The notes under the pieces are model-generated. The model was not told the DNA's origin and ran no database searches. It saw nothing but the letters and a program-made list of their open reading frames with translations. Position numbers and translations under genes: made by a program. A stretch of 64,000 bases of DNA, taken from positions 1,146,150-1,210,149 of the forward strand of contig LR991653.1 in NCBI GenBank assembly GCA_905171695.1, in the 5' to 3' direction. This document shows positions 41,545 through 50,348 of this stretch, piece after piece. Origin of the DNA: Candidatus Methanoperedenaceae archaeon GB37 (GTDB taxonomy: Archaea > Halobacteriota > Methanosarcinia > Methanosarcinales > EX4572-44). Within the stretch, counting starts at the first letter, position 1, and each line of letters begins with the position of its first letter.

Positions 41545-41733
41545 AGATGAAGTGGCAGGGAATCTCTAGGCGTAAATCGACTGGTGGTCGATTGAGAAGG
41601 GCGCGTGGTGGTAAGAAGAAGTACAGGCTCCTTCGGGCAAAGATGGTGAATGTGGTGGATCGAGAGAGTGGGGTTGTCACGAGGGCAGAGATCGAGACTG
41701 TTGTGGAGAACTTGGCAAACCAGCACTATGTGA
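41477..41733 (+). repeat. Left copy of the rps8e upstream region and 5' end, with a 93-bp in-frame deletion
   Basis: Matches 44769-45118. The deletion lies between two GGCGCGTGG 9-mers (44892-44900 and 44985-44993 in the intact copy). Confidence 0.95.
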
Positions 41734-42902
41734 TGAGGAAAGGACTTGTTTTTGGTATTTTAGTAATGCTTTTCGTGGCAATGATGGCTTCTGTCGTGGC
41801 AGTTGTTGCAGATGAAGGTGAGCTTTTAGTTTCGATAAAGGGATATTCTCCATCTTTAAGCCCTGATTGGAACAAAGTGGCTTATCTTGATTCATTGGAT
41901 GATGGTGATGATTCATGGATAGAACAACTTTGGGTAATGAATATAGATGAGAGTGATTTGAAGAAATTGGATGAATGGGAACATGCTTTTGGCACAATCA
42001 CAGTCACAATAGAGGGATGGAATCCCGATGGACAGAAACTCCTTTATTCTGTTTATAATCGTGAAGATGACACAGGAAATCTCTGGGTTGTAAATTCAGA
42101 TGGAACTGGAAAGAAAAAAATAGCTGAATATGCTTCAAAACACTCTCCTGTATCACGTTGGAGTCCTGATGGAAGTAAAATAGCTTTTGAGAGCGGATAT
42201 TATGGAGAAGGTATTCTTGTTGTAAATTCTGATGGCAGTAATAAGACTCTCATAACTAGAGATGGTAGTCTGAGATATTGGACTCCTGATGGGAAAAAGA
42301 TAATTTTTTTAAAATATGATGAACATAATCACGTTTTTAACTTCTGGGAAATAGATTTAGATAGTGGCATTTCAAAGAACATATATAGTGGGGAATTCGG
42401 AATAATTAGTCCTGATAGAAGTAAGATAGCATCCCAGAACTTTCACGGTGGCAGTGGCATTTGGATTTCCGATATAGATGGAAGCAATCTAAAAGAATTA
42501 TCATATTACACTCCATCTCTGTATCCCTGCTGGAGCCCAGATAGTAAGAGAATAGCATTTATCGATGAGGGGATACATCACGGTATTTGGGTAATAAATT
42601 CGGATGGAAGCAATGAGAAAAAAGTGAAAGAAATGTCGTATGAAGATCTTACGCAAAAATTACAATCAGTTGGAGTAACAAATATCTTATTATGGAGCAA
42701 AGACGGAAGCAAGATAGCTTACGCAATGCGTGAGAATGAGACTACTAACATTTACACGATAAACGTAGACAAATCATTTTATGCAAAACCATCAGCAGGT
42801 GAAACGCCAACAGAAAAGCAACCAATGATACCTGACTTTGAAGCAGTATTTACAATCGCAGGATTGTTAGCAGTGACATATCTTATGAGAAGGAGGAAGT
42901 AA
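41733..42902 (+). CDS. TolB-like/PD40 beta-propeller surface protein with signal peptide and PGF-CTERM-like anchor; in frame with the S8e remnant from 41547
   Basis: MRKGLVFGILVMLF signal peptide, repeated WSPDGSKIAF, C-terminal PMIPDFEAVFTIAGLLAVTYLMRRRK. Confidence 0.88.
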   Translation: MRKGLVFGILVMLFVAMMASVVAVVADEGELLVSIKGYSPSLSPDWNKVAYLDSLDDGDDSWIEQLWVMNIDESDLKKLDEWEHAFGTITVTIEGWNPDGQKLLYSVYNREDDTGNLWVVNSDGTGKKKIAEYASKHSPVSRWSPDGSKIAFESGYYGEGILVVNSDGSNKTLITRDGSLRYWTPDGKKIIFLKYDEHNHVFNFWEIDLDSGISKNIYSGEFGIISPDRSKIASQNFHGGSGIWISDIDGSNLKELSYYTPSLYPCWSPDSKRIAFIDEGIHHGIWVINSDGSNEKKVKEMSYEDLTQKLQSVGVTNILLWSKDGSKIAYAMRENETTNIYTINVDKSFYAKPSAGETPTEKQPMIPDFEAVFTIAGLLAVTYLMRRRK

Positions 42903-42910
42903 AACAACGT

Positions 42911-42954
42911 GGATGCCCCACAATTCATTGCGGTGTGGCGTGGTCGGGGCTTTT
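42911..42954 (+). repeat. Inter-cassette hairpin repeat R1
   Basis: GGATGCCCCACAA-TTCA-TTGCGGTGTGGCGTGGTCGGGGCTTTT, 9 nt after the beta-propeller stop. Confidence 0.9.
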
Positions 42955-43184
42955 TATATGAAGAAGTTTTAAATATTACTATGTGGTGAATAACCATGGA
43001 TAAAAAAACTGGACCAGTGGCATGCCGAGAAGCTGAAGCATTGGGATTACTTGGCAAGTTGAAATACTGAGCAAGGCAACGAGTAAAGGAAGAGAGAGGA
43101 GAGGTGATGAATGGCTCTTTTAATGGTGTTTTTGGGGCTTTGGGTTCGAAGTGTAGTGATGGAAGGTAAGGAGAGAAGTAAAAA

Positions 43185-43406
43185 ATGAAATTCCAAGTTG
43201 TGATTGAAGAAGATTTAGAGGACGGAGGATATATTGTGCATTGTCCAGCTCTTAAAGGGTGTTGGTCACAAGGAGATACGATAGAAGAAGCGTTAGATAA
43301 CATAAAAGAGGCGATTGTCGGGTATTTAAAAACATTGAACGAGAGAGCGATGCGCGATGCTAAAAGTACAGATAAAGCTCTGATCAAAGAAGTGGCAGTG
43401 GTATAA
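43185..43406 (+). CDS. hicB: HicB-family antitoxin
   Basis: GGYIVHCPALKGCWSQGDTIEEALDNIKEAI. Confidence 0.9.
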   Translation: MKFQVVIEEDLEDGGYIVHCPALKGCWSQGDTIEEALDNIKEAIVGYLKTLNERAMRDAKSTDKALIKEVAVV

Positions 43407-43409
43407 ATT

Positions 43410-43655
43410 GTGGATAAACTTCCTCGATGGTCAGGCAAAAAGATTATCAGCGTATTTAAAAAAGACGGCTGGACTGTGGATCGCATCGAGGGAAGCCATT
43501 ATATTCTGGTAAAGGAGGGAACAGAGAAAATCTTGGTTGTACCAGTGCATGGAAATGAGCCAATAAAAGTTGGACTCCTAAAAGGGCTGATAAAAGATGC
43601 TGGACTTACAAATGAGGAGTTTTTAAGGCTTTGTTATAATAAGAGAATGGGATAG
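43410..43655 (+). CDS. hicA: HicA-family toxin (intact)
   Basis: LPRWSGKKII..F..DGW...RIEGSHYIL...VVPVH...GLLKGLIKDAGL. Confidence 0.9.
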   Translation: MDKLPRWSGKKIISVFKKDGWTVDRIEGSHYILVKEGTEKILVVPVHGNEPIKVGLLKGLIKDAGLTNEEFLRLCYNKRMG

Positions 43656-43663
43656 ATGTACTG

Positions 43664-43708
43664 GGATGCCCCGCAATTCACTGCAGGGGCGGGGTGGTCG
43701 GGGCTTTT
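43664..43708 (+). repeat. Inter-cassette hairpin repeat R2
   Basis: GGATGCCCCGCAA-TTCA-CTGCAGGGGCGGGGTGGTCGGGGCTTTT, 9 nt after the hicA stop. Confidence 0.9.
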
Positions 43709-43727
43709 AAGAATGTAGGAGGGAGAT

Positions 43728-43869
43728 ATGACATCAGGATTTGGTCAATGCCCAAAATGCGGAAATATGTCGTTAGTTGTAGTAGGGGAAGATCGAGATG
43801 AAAAAAGGAAATCTACGACGCGTATATGTCAAATGCGCTGCCTGCGGGTTTAGACGAGAACTTTATTGA
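43728..43869 (+). pseudogene. Small zinc-ribbon protein, +1 frameshift in an A6 run
   Basis: AGGAGGGAG RBS. Corrected frame MTSGFGQCPKCGNMSLVVVGEDRDEKGNLRRVYVKCAACGFRRELY (46 aa, two CxxC). Confidence 0.55.
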
Positions 43870-43947
43870 TAAAGAGCCACACATAACCACAAAGTTTGGA
43901 GGAGATAGATACTTAAGTGCTTGTAGAATATACTATTGTTGGTGAAC

Positions 43948-44187
43948 ATGACTGGGTCTAAAAAAGTCCATCTCCCTGTCCTTGTGGAGAAGGATGAGGA
44001 TGGTTTTTTTGTGGTAGAATGTCCGCTTCTTCAGGGATGCTATACGCAGGGAAAAACACTGGACGAGGCGTTAAAAAACATACACGAAGTGATTGAACTA
44101 TGTCTTGAGGAGCAGAAGGAAGAAATTGTGGAACAGCTTGACTCAATCCAGGAGTTCAGTTACCACGTCGTGTCGGTAGAGATATGA
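43948..44187 (+). CDS. hicB: HicB-family antitoxin
   Basis: EKDEDGFFVVECPLLQGCYTQGKTLDEALKNI. Confidence 0.88.
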   Translation: MTGSKKVHLPVLVEKDEDGFFVVECPLLQGCYTQGKTLDEALKNIHEVIELCLEEQKEEIVEQLDSIQEFSYHVVSVEI

Positions 44188-44415
44188 GCAGATTGCCAGT
44201 TATCTCTGGAGAAAAAGCAATTTAAATGTTTTGAAAAGCTTGATTATGTAGTCGTAAGGCAAAAGGGTAGTCATATCCGCATGAGACATAAATCTGACAA
44301 GAGCAGAAAGCCGTTAACGATTCCTAAACACAAAGTGCTTGGCAAAGGACTATTAAGAAAACTGTTAAGAGATGCTGAAATAAGCGTTGACGAGTTTAAC
44401 GAGTTGTTACGATGA
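44184..44415 (+). pseudogene. hicA: HicA-family toxin, +1 frameshift at codon 13-14
   Basis: MSRLPVISGEKAI*; with one T removed the frame continues KCFEKLDYVVVRQKGSHIRM...TIPKHKVLGKGLLRKLLRDA. Confidence 0.85.
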
Positions 44416-44434
44416 GGTTCGACAAACTAACGAG

Positions 44435-44476
44435 GGATGCCCCGCAATTCATTGTGGTGTGGCGTGGTTTGGGCTT
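44435..44476 (+). repeat. Inter-cassette hairpin repeat R3
   Basis: GGATGCCCCGCAA-TTCA-TTGTGGTGTGGCGTGGTTTGGGCTT, 20 nt after the hicA stop. Confidence 0.9.
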
Positions 44477-44490
44477 GGAGAGTGATGTAA

Positions 44491-44723
44491 ATGGAACTAT
44501 TATTTGAAAGACATGATTTTGTTTTTATGAATAAAAAAATTGATTTCCCACTTATTAAAAACAAAGTTGGAGATATAGCTCCTCGAATCATCGCAGGTGC
44601 TGCAGGAGGTTTAGTTACAGGTAACCAGTTACAGGTAACCCTGTCGCGGGAATTGTAGGATTTGTAGCAGGATATATCAGTAAAGACGCTATTCGTATAT
44701 CTACAAGTAAAGTAAAGGATTAA
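44491..44723 (+). pseudogene. Small glycine-zipper-like membrane protein frameshifted by a 14-bp duplication
   Basis: AGTTACAGGTAACC x2 at 44613-44640. Corrected 72-aa frame contains IIAGAAGGLVTGNPVAGIVGFVAGYI. Confidence 0.55.
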
Positions 44724-44838
44724 TAAATCCATTCAGAAGACATTTAGGTTTTCATACAAATGATTTTGTACCGGTGGGGAGGATGCGAAATATTGAAGTA
44801 GGATCAGAGCCAACTCATCGTCTCTGAGGTTACTGAAG

Positions 44839-45228
44839 ATGAAGTGGCAGGGAATCTCTAGGCGTAAATCGACTGGTGGTCGATTGAGAAGGGCGCGTGG
44901 CAAGAGGAAGTTTGAAGCTGGGCGTGAGGCGGCTGAGACGCACGTGGGGGCGCATGTGAAGGAGGATGTGAAGAAGGTTATAAAGGCGCGTGGTGGTACG
45001 AAGAAGTGCAGGCTCCTTCGGGCAAAGATGGTTAATGTGGTGGATCGAGAGAGTGGGGTTGTTACGAGGGCAGAGATCGAGACTGTTGTGGAGAATTTGG
45101 CAAACCAGCACTATGTGAGGCGTGATATCGTGACGAAGGGTGCTGTGATCAAGACCAGTGCGGGGATTGCTCGTGTCACAAGTAAGCCTGGCCAGGATGG
45201 TATAGTGAATGCAGTATTGATAGAATGA
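44839..45228 (+). CDS. rps8e: 30S ribosomal protein S8e (intact copy)
   Basis: RRKSTGGRL...[39 protein letters not shown]. Confidence 0.96.
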   Translation: MKWQGISRRKSTGGRLRRARGKRKFEAGREAAETHVGAHVKEDVKKVIKARGGTKKCRLLRAKMVNVVDRESGVVTRAEIETVVENLANQHYVRRDIVTKGAVIKTSAGIARVTSKPGQDGIVNAVLIE

Positions 45229-45271
45229 TATTTGATCACGATAGGTTTAAAACTGAGAGGCATCTTACATA

Positions 45272-46204
45272 GTGGTGAGGATGTCTTTCTCGTTGCGCCA
45301 TGTGATCTCGATCAAGGATTTTAGGAGGGAGGATATTGATGAGATCTTCGAGCTTGCAGAACGGCTTGAACCGGTTGCGAGCGGTATGCCGTGCAGGCTG
45401 CTTGGGGGTAAGCTGCTTGCTCTTCTTTTCTATGAGCCGAGTACGCGCACCCGTCTCTCGTTCGATGCTGCGGTGAAGAGGCTTGGTGGAACATCCATCA
45501 ATCTTGGCTCTGTTGAGGCGAGTTCTGTTGCGAAGGGCGAGACTCTTGCAGACACGATCCGTGTTGTCAGTGGGTATGCTGATGCCATTGTGCTTCGGCA
45601 TCCAATGGAGGGAGCGGCAAGGATGGCGTCTGAGTATTCGCGTGTTCCTGTGATAAATGCGGGTGATGGTGTTGGGCATCATCCTACTCAGACTCTGCTC
45701 GATCTTTACACGATCAAGCGTGAGAAGAGGCTTCACGATATCAGTGTTGCGCTTGTTGGGGATCTACGGTATGGGCGTACTGTTCACTCTCTTGCATATG
45801 CCCTTGCACTCTATGGTGCAAGGATCTATCTCGTCTCACCGCCACAGCTACGGATGCCAGAGCACATAAAATCTGATCTCTTAGAGAGTAACATAGTCGT
45901 TGAGGAGACGAGCAGGCTTGAAGACGTTCTTACAAGTGTGGATGTCCTCTATATGACGCGTATTCAGAGAGAGCGTTTTGCAGAGCCGAGCGAGTACGTG
46001 GCCGTTGCTGGAAGCTATCGGCTCACAAGCGAGATGCTCTCGGATGTTAGGGATGACCTTATAATCATGCATCCTCTGCCTCGAGTCGGTGAGATCGATT
46101 CGAGTGTGGACAGAACACCCTATGCGCGTTACTTCAAGCAGTCGTTCTATGGCGTTCCTGTGCGCATGGCTCTTCTTGTGAAGCTCCTTGAAGGGAGGGT
46201 GTGA
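45272..46204 (+). CDS. pyrB: Aspartate carbamoyltransferase catalytic subunit
   Basis: [28 protein letters not shown]. Confidence 0.97.
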   Translation: MVRMSFSLRHVISIKDFRREDIDEIFELAERLEPVASGMPCRLLGGKLLALLFYEPSTRTRLSFDAAVKRLGGTSINLGSVEASSVAKGETLADTIRVVSGYADAIVLRHPMEGAARMASEYSRVPVINAGDGVGHHPTQTLLDLYTIKREKRLHDISVALVGDLRYGRTVHSLAYALALYGARIYLVSPPQLRMPEHIKSDLLESNIVVEETSRLEDVLTSVDVLYMTRIQRERFAEPSEYVAVAGSYRLTSEMLSDVRDDLIIMHPLPRVGEIDSSVDRTPYARYFKQSFYGVPVRMALLVKLLEGRV

Positions 46205-46665
46205 CGTTGAAGAATGGTCTTTTGATCCGTTCGATTGAACACGGGACTGTGATCGACCATATCACTGCTGGTCAGGCGCTCTCAGTGATGCGGATAATCG
46301 GGATAAAGAGTGGTACGAGTGCTGTTGTGAGCGTTGCCATGAACGTGCCAAGCAGAGCGATGGGTCTCAAGGATATCGTGAAGATCGAGGGGCGTGAGCT
46401 TGATAGTCGCGAGGTTGATAAGATCTCCCTGATATCGCCAGATGCCACCATCAACATCATCAGAGACTATGCTGTAGTCTCAAAGTACACGGTGGAACTC
46501 CCGAGTGAGATACGTGGTATTGTGAGGTGCAGGAACCCCAACTGTATCACCAACAGCGATGAGCCTGTAGCATCCGATTTCACAGTCACAAAGAACCCTG
46601 TGACTCTCCGTTGCAGGTACTGTGATCACATAATCGTGAGTGACATAGCAGAACAACTTATATAA
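46201..46665 (+). CDS. pyrI: Aspartate carbamoyltransferase regulatory subunit
   Basis: [22 protein letters not shown]...CRYC. Confidence 0.96.
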   Translation: MTLKNGLLIRSIEHGTVIDHITAGQALSVMRIIGIKSGTSAVVSVAMNVPSRAMGLKDIVKIEGRELDSREVDKISLISPDATINIIRDYAVVSKYTVELPSEIRGIVRCRNPNCITNSDEPVASDFTVTKNPVTLRCRYCDHIIVSDIAEQLI

Positions 46666-46694
46666 ACGAGGGGTCAAGTGGGAGATGTGGGTAT

Positions 46695-47075
46695 ATGAGA
46701 ATGGAAGATTTCGAGGTCAGAAAGGTCCTCCTCCTCCTGAAGAATATGGTCTATGAGAGCACAAGCCCACTTGAAACCCTGCGATTTGCCAAGTATTATC
46801 GGAAGAAAGGGCTTGACGTGGTGGTGGTACTCTGGGGTCCGATGGGCGTTCTCCTCGGAAAGGCAGGGAAGAAGCATGGTGCGCCAAAGTACGATGAGAA
46901 GGTGGAGGAGTGCATAGAACTCGGGGTTGAGTTCAAATGTTGCAGGCTTGGCTCTGATATCATAGGGGTGGAAGAGTCTGAGTTGATCGAGGGTATTACA
47001 ATGATCGAGGCGCACGAAGTGGCAGAGCTCTTCCTCAGATATACTCAACCAGGTCACATGATAATAAGCCTTTAA
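46695..47075 (+). CDS. DsrE/F-like protein
   Basis: 126 aa; V.V..WGP.GV.L and FKCC motifs typical of DsrE-fold proteins. Confidence 0.65.
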   Translation: MRMEDFEVRKVLLLLKNMVYESTSPLETLRFAKYYRKKGLDVVVVLWGPMGVLLGKAGKKHGAPKYDEKVEECIELGVEFKCCRLGSDIIGVEESELIEGITMIEAHEVAELFLRYTQPGHMIISL

Positions 47076-47093
47076 GCCCACTTGGACTTGAGC

Positions 47094-48290
47094 ATGAAGT
47101 ACGATGTGGTGGTGGTTGGCGCAGGACCAATCGGTGCCATTGCCGCACGAAAAAGCGCAGAAGACGGATCACGAACGCTCATAATCGAAGAACACAGAAG
47201 TATCGGTTCGCCAGTCCAGTGCACAGGATTGATCAGTCGAGAGGCACTGAGAGAGTCCGGGTTGAAGCCCGAGACCTCCTTTATCTACCAGAGGATCAGG
47301 GGCGCAAACGTCTACTCACCCTCCGGACGATCTATCAGAGTCGATGGCGGGCGGACGAGGGCGTATGTGATCGATAGAAAGATCTTCGATCGCACGCTGG
47401 TAACCCGCGCGCTTGACGCTGGCTCCGAGATCATGCTCTCAACAAGAGCAACAGCACTTACAAATACCGAAGATGGGGCAGTCTTAACTGTAGAACACGG
47501 CGGTATCAGAGAGAATATAACTGCAAAGGTTGTTATAGGCGCAGACGGAGCTAAGAGCAACATTTCACGGCTATGTGGACTTGGCAGAGTTAAGAGAACG
47601 TTAACCTGCATCCAGATAGAGGGACAATATGAGACATGCGATCCGGGTTTTGTTGAGATATTTCTTGGAAATCGATTCGCACCAGGATTCTTCGCATGGG
47701 CAGTTCCGACAACCGAGACCATCGCACGCATAGGCCTCTGCACAGAACCAGAGAAGACCCCACCACACGAGCATCTAAGAAGACTCTTGCGAGAACACCC
47801 GATAGTATCAAAAAGATACAAAGGATCATGCACCAGCCTCACACTCGGGAGCATACCAATAGGAGCACTGAGAGAAACCAGTGCAGATGGAGTACTCATC
47901 GCAGGCGACGCTGCAGGGCAGGTGAAACCCACGACAGGGGGCGGAATCTACCCTGGTGCCATCTGTGCCAAGATCGCAGGGAGAGTGGCAGCCAGAGGCG
48001 ATCCAAGAAGAGAATCACTCAGAGAGTACGACAGAATGTGGCAGGAACGAATCGGAAGAGAACTCAAGATTGGGATGCAGATCCACAATGCAATCGGAAA
48101 GCTCAGCGACGAACGACTGGACGAGTTCATACACCTCTTAAGCGACGAGAAGATAATGACTCTTGTAAGAGAATACGGCGAGATGGATCACCCCTCAATA
48201 CTCTTCGGGAAGATCGCATCCCACCTGAAGAAGAGAGATCTCTTCATCTTCACAGGACGGCTGCTGAAAGACCTTATAAGAAGCAGGTGA
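47094..48290 (+). CDS. Geranylgeranyl reductase family (DGGGPL reductase-like)
   Basis: VVGAGPIG, PVQCTG, IGADG, AGDAAGQVKPTTGGGI. Confidence 0.9.
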   Translation: MKYDVVVVGAGPIGAIAARKSAEDGSRTLIIEEHRSIGSPVQCTGLISREALRESGLKPETSFIYQRIRGANVYSPSGRSIRVDGGRTRAYVIDRKIFDRTLVTRALDAGSEIMLSTRATALTNTEDGAVLTVEHGGIRENITAKVVIGADGAKSNISRLCGLGRVKRTLTCIQIEGQYETCDPGFVEIFLGNRFAPGFFAWAVPTTETIARIGLCTEPEKTPPHEHLRRLLREHPIVSKRYKGSCTSLTLGSIPIGALRETSADGVLIAGDAAGQVKPTTGGGIYPGAICAKIAGRVAARGDPRRESLREYDRMWQERIGRELKIGMQIHNAIGKLSDERLDEFIHLLSDEKIMTLVREYGEMDHPSILFGKIASHLKKRDLFIFTGRLLKDLIRSR

Positions 48291-48456
48291 AGAGGTTGAG
48301 AAAAAGAGTTTATGAACGGTTAAAAAGAAGATGAAACATATTATGGTAGTTATTCACCCCAACCACACCCACAACAATCACATCCCCAGCCATCCACGCA
48401 TAACCCAGCACGAGCGTTATGACTGCGATCTCTGGAGTGTGTTCATTTGATATCTA

Positions 48457-48867
48457 TTATATTAGCTTCAAACTTTTCTTCGACTTTACTTTCTCATGTA
48501 ACTTTGCATCCGTAGTTAAAAGTGGCGCTTTCTCTCTTTCTGAAGCGGCTATGAAGAGGGAATCGTAGATCGTGATCTTATCCGTGATCGCGATTTCAAA
48601 AGCATCTTCGATTACTTCCTGTGAACTTATGACCCTGCACACACCAAGAATAAAATCTACACTACTTTTCAGTGCTTTTGATGCAACCTCCTTTGATTCA
48701 TTGAAGAATATCACCCTCTTCCAGGCAACGTTTGCCACTTCGGCGATCGCAAGATCAACTGTTATCAATTCGTAATTCTCTGCAACTTTTTCAGCTCTAT
48801 CAGAAGATTCTTCTCTGAAGAATATCGCCGCGATAACACCTGAATCGAGGATTACCCTATCTGGCAT
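48457..48867 (-). CDS. vapC: VapC/PIN toxin (intact)
   Basis: VILDSGVI, EVAN, IYDSLFIA, LLTTD. Confidence 0.9.
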   Translation of the reverse strand: MPDRVILDSGVIAAIFFREESSDRAEKVAENYELITVDLAIAEVANVAWKRVIFFNESKEVASKALKSSVDFILGVCRVISSQEVIEDAFEIAITDKITIYDSLFIAASEREKAPLLTTDAKLHEKVKSKKSLKLI

Positions 48868-49084
48868 CTCTATCCTCTCTAATCAGTTCAGAAGCACTCA
48901 CATCTGCTTTCATATCTTTTCTTATCTTCTTTGCCTCTGCGAGTAATCTTTCTTTACGTTTATTTTTGACCAGTTCCTCCACTACCTTTCTTATCTCCTC
49001 CTGCCAGTTTATATCTCTCATCTCTTCCATCATCTTGCGTAATTCTACCGGAACCCTTATGCTGTATACAGTTTTTGTAGACAT
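48857..49084 (-). CDS. vapB: VapB-type (RHH/CcdA-like) antitoxin
   Basis: VYSIRVP.EL..MME...INWQEEIR...LIREDRD; overlaps vapC. Confidence 0.85.
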   Translation of the reverse strand: MSTKTVYSIRVPVELRKMMEEMRDINWQEEIRKVVEELVKNKRKERLLAEAKKIRKDMKADVSASELIREDRDAR

Positions 49085-49245
49085 AATTGTATGTTTACTT
49101 TAACCGTGTATAAATGTTCTTCTGCAGATTAAACCCAAATGTGCCAGCCACATTTTCAGAAGACGAAAATCTACTCCAACGGCGGAAGCGTTATTTACTA
49201 CCGCTGAAGCAGTTTCACCAAAGCCCCATCACTGAATTATTTCTC

Positions 49246-49654
49246 TTATCCCATTAGCCAGTTCTCTATTTCCAGACCCTTTATCCTTCTAAAGTGTTTT
49301 TCATTGTCTATTGCAAGAACCATGCCTTTAACCAGACAGGACGCTGCTATAAGTATGTCGACATCCTCTATCAGTTCTCCTCTCTTCATCAACTCAGCAT
49401 AGATCTCTGAAGCTCTCTCAATAATATCTTTATCCAGCATTATTATCTTGCTTTTATCCACTAATCCTTTAAAATCCCTTATTTTCTCCTCGTTTCCTAT
49501 GTATTTCAGCCCCTGAAGTATTTCATAATAGGTGAGTATACTGAAGGCAGAGCGCATCAAATTCGTCTAAGTATGCTTCTACTTTAGCGATGACATCCCA
49601 GTTTCCTCTTAGAAAAGCTATGAGTGTGCTCGTATCTAAAAGAGACTTTTTCAT
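49246..49654 (-). pseudogene. vapC: VapC/PIN toxin, +1 frameshift near 49555
   Basis: MKKSLLDTSTLIAFLRG in one frame; SILTYYEIL...DILIAA...DNEKHF in the next. Confidence 0.85.
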
Positions 49655-49863
49655 AGTTTTAGTGCCCCACCAAAAAGATTCCTTCTTTTTACTGCCTCCT
49701 GAAATATTTTCTCTTCTTCCTCGCTCAGATCCTTCAGGATTCCTGCATATTTCAAAATATCTCGCCTCTTCTTTATCTCTATCTCAACTTCCTCCCCCTC
49801 TTTCAAATCCAGTTTCTCAAGCGGCTTCAGCACATTATCCTCATACACAGCTTTTATGATCAT
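49651..49863 (-). CDS. DUF104/AF2212-like antitoxin
   Basis: MIIKAVYEDNVLKPLEKLDLKEGEEVEI. Confidence 0.88.
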   Translation of the reverse strand: MIIKAVYEDNVLKPLEKLDLKEGEEVEIEIKKRRDILKYAGILKDLSEEEEKIFQEAVKRRNLFGGALKL

Positions 49864-50091
49864 GGAAGACACCTGTAGTTAATTGGTGATTGAAGGTTAA
49901 AAAGATGTCTACTTACCCACCACCTTCCACCCAATCCAACCCGCCATAACCCCGTTCCCTGCAGGCTTTTCCAAAAGCCCACACGGCAAAAAGCCCATCT
50001 GCGATAGGGGGCTGTCGCTTTTTGAGCGAGCCTTTCCCACCAGCGCCATCTTTTTAATCTACAATCACAAATTTATCCATGGGTGTCGGGT

Positions 50092-50280
50092 ATGATCATA
50101 AAGGCTGTGTATGAGAACAATGTCCTGAAGCCACTTGAGAAACTGGTTTTGAAAGAGGGTGAGGAAGTTGAGATTGAAGTGAAAAAGAGTCCTATTGATA
50201 GGTTGGAAAGTGTGATAAAGATCTCAAAGAGAGGATGGGTTGACGAACTCATAGAAAACCCGGATCTGGAGCCAATCTAA
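50092..50280 (+). CDS. DUF104/AF2212-like antitoxin (second, divergent copy)
   Basis: MIIKAVYENNVLKPLEKLVLKEGEEVEI. Confidence 0.88.
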   Translation: MIIKAVYENNVLKPLEKLVLKEGEEVEIEVKKSPIDRLESVIKISKRGWVDELIENPDLEPI

Positions 50281-50348
50281 TGCTAAACAAGATTGAACCC
50301 AGTACAACTGTCTTTATTGATACCAATATATTCCTTTGGTTTCCATGA
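50280..50348 (+). pseudogene. 22-codon VapC/PIN stub
   Basis: MLNKIEPSTTVFIDTNIFLWFP*. TAATG overlap with the antitoxin; its stop overlaps the glycosyltransferase ATG. Confidence 0.7.

Noticed and set aside
42911-44476. R1-R3 as a CRISPR array
   Set aside because: Intervals are ~710-730 bp and contain genes, repeats are diverged, and there are no cas genes or leader.
49880-50080. Spacer between the DUF104 genes as an attC or ncRNA (GGCTTTT-CC-AAAAGCC hairpin)
   Set aside because: Only a 7-bp stem, no RYYYAAC/GTTRRRY pair, and no second copy in the window.
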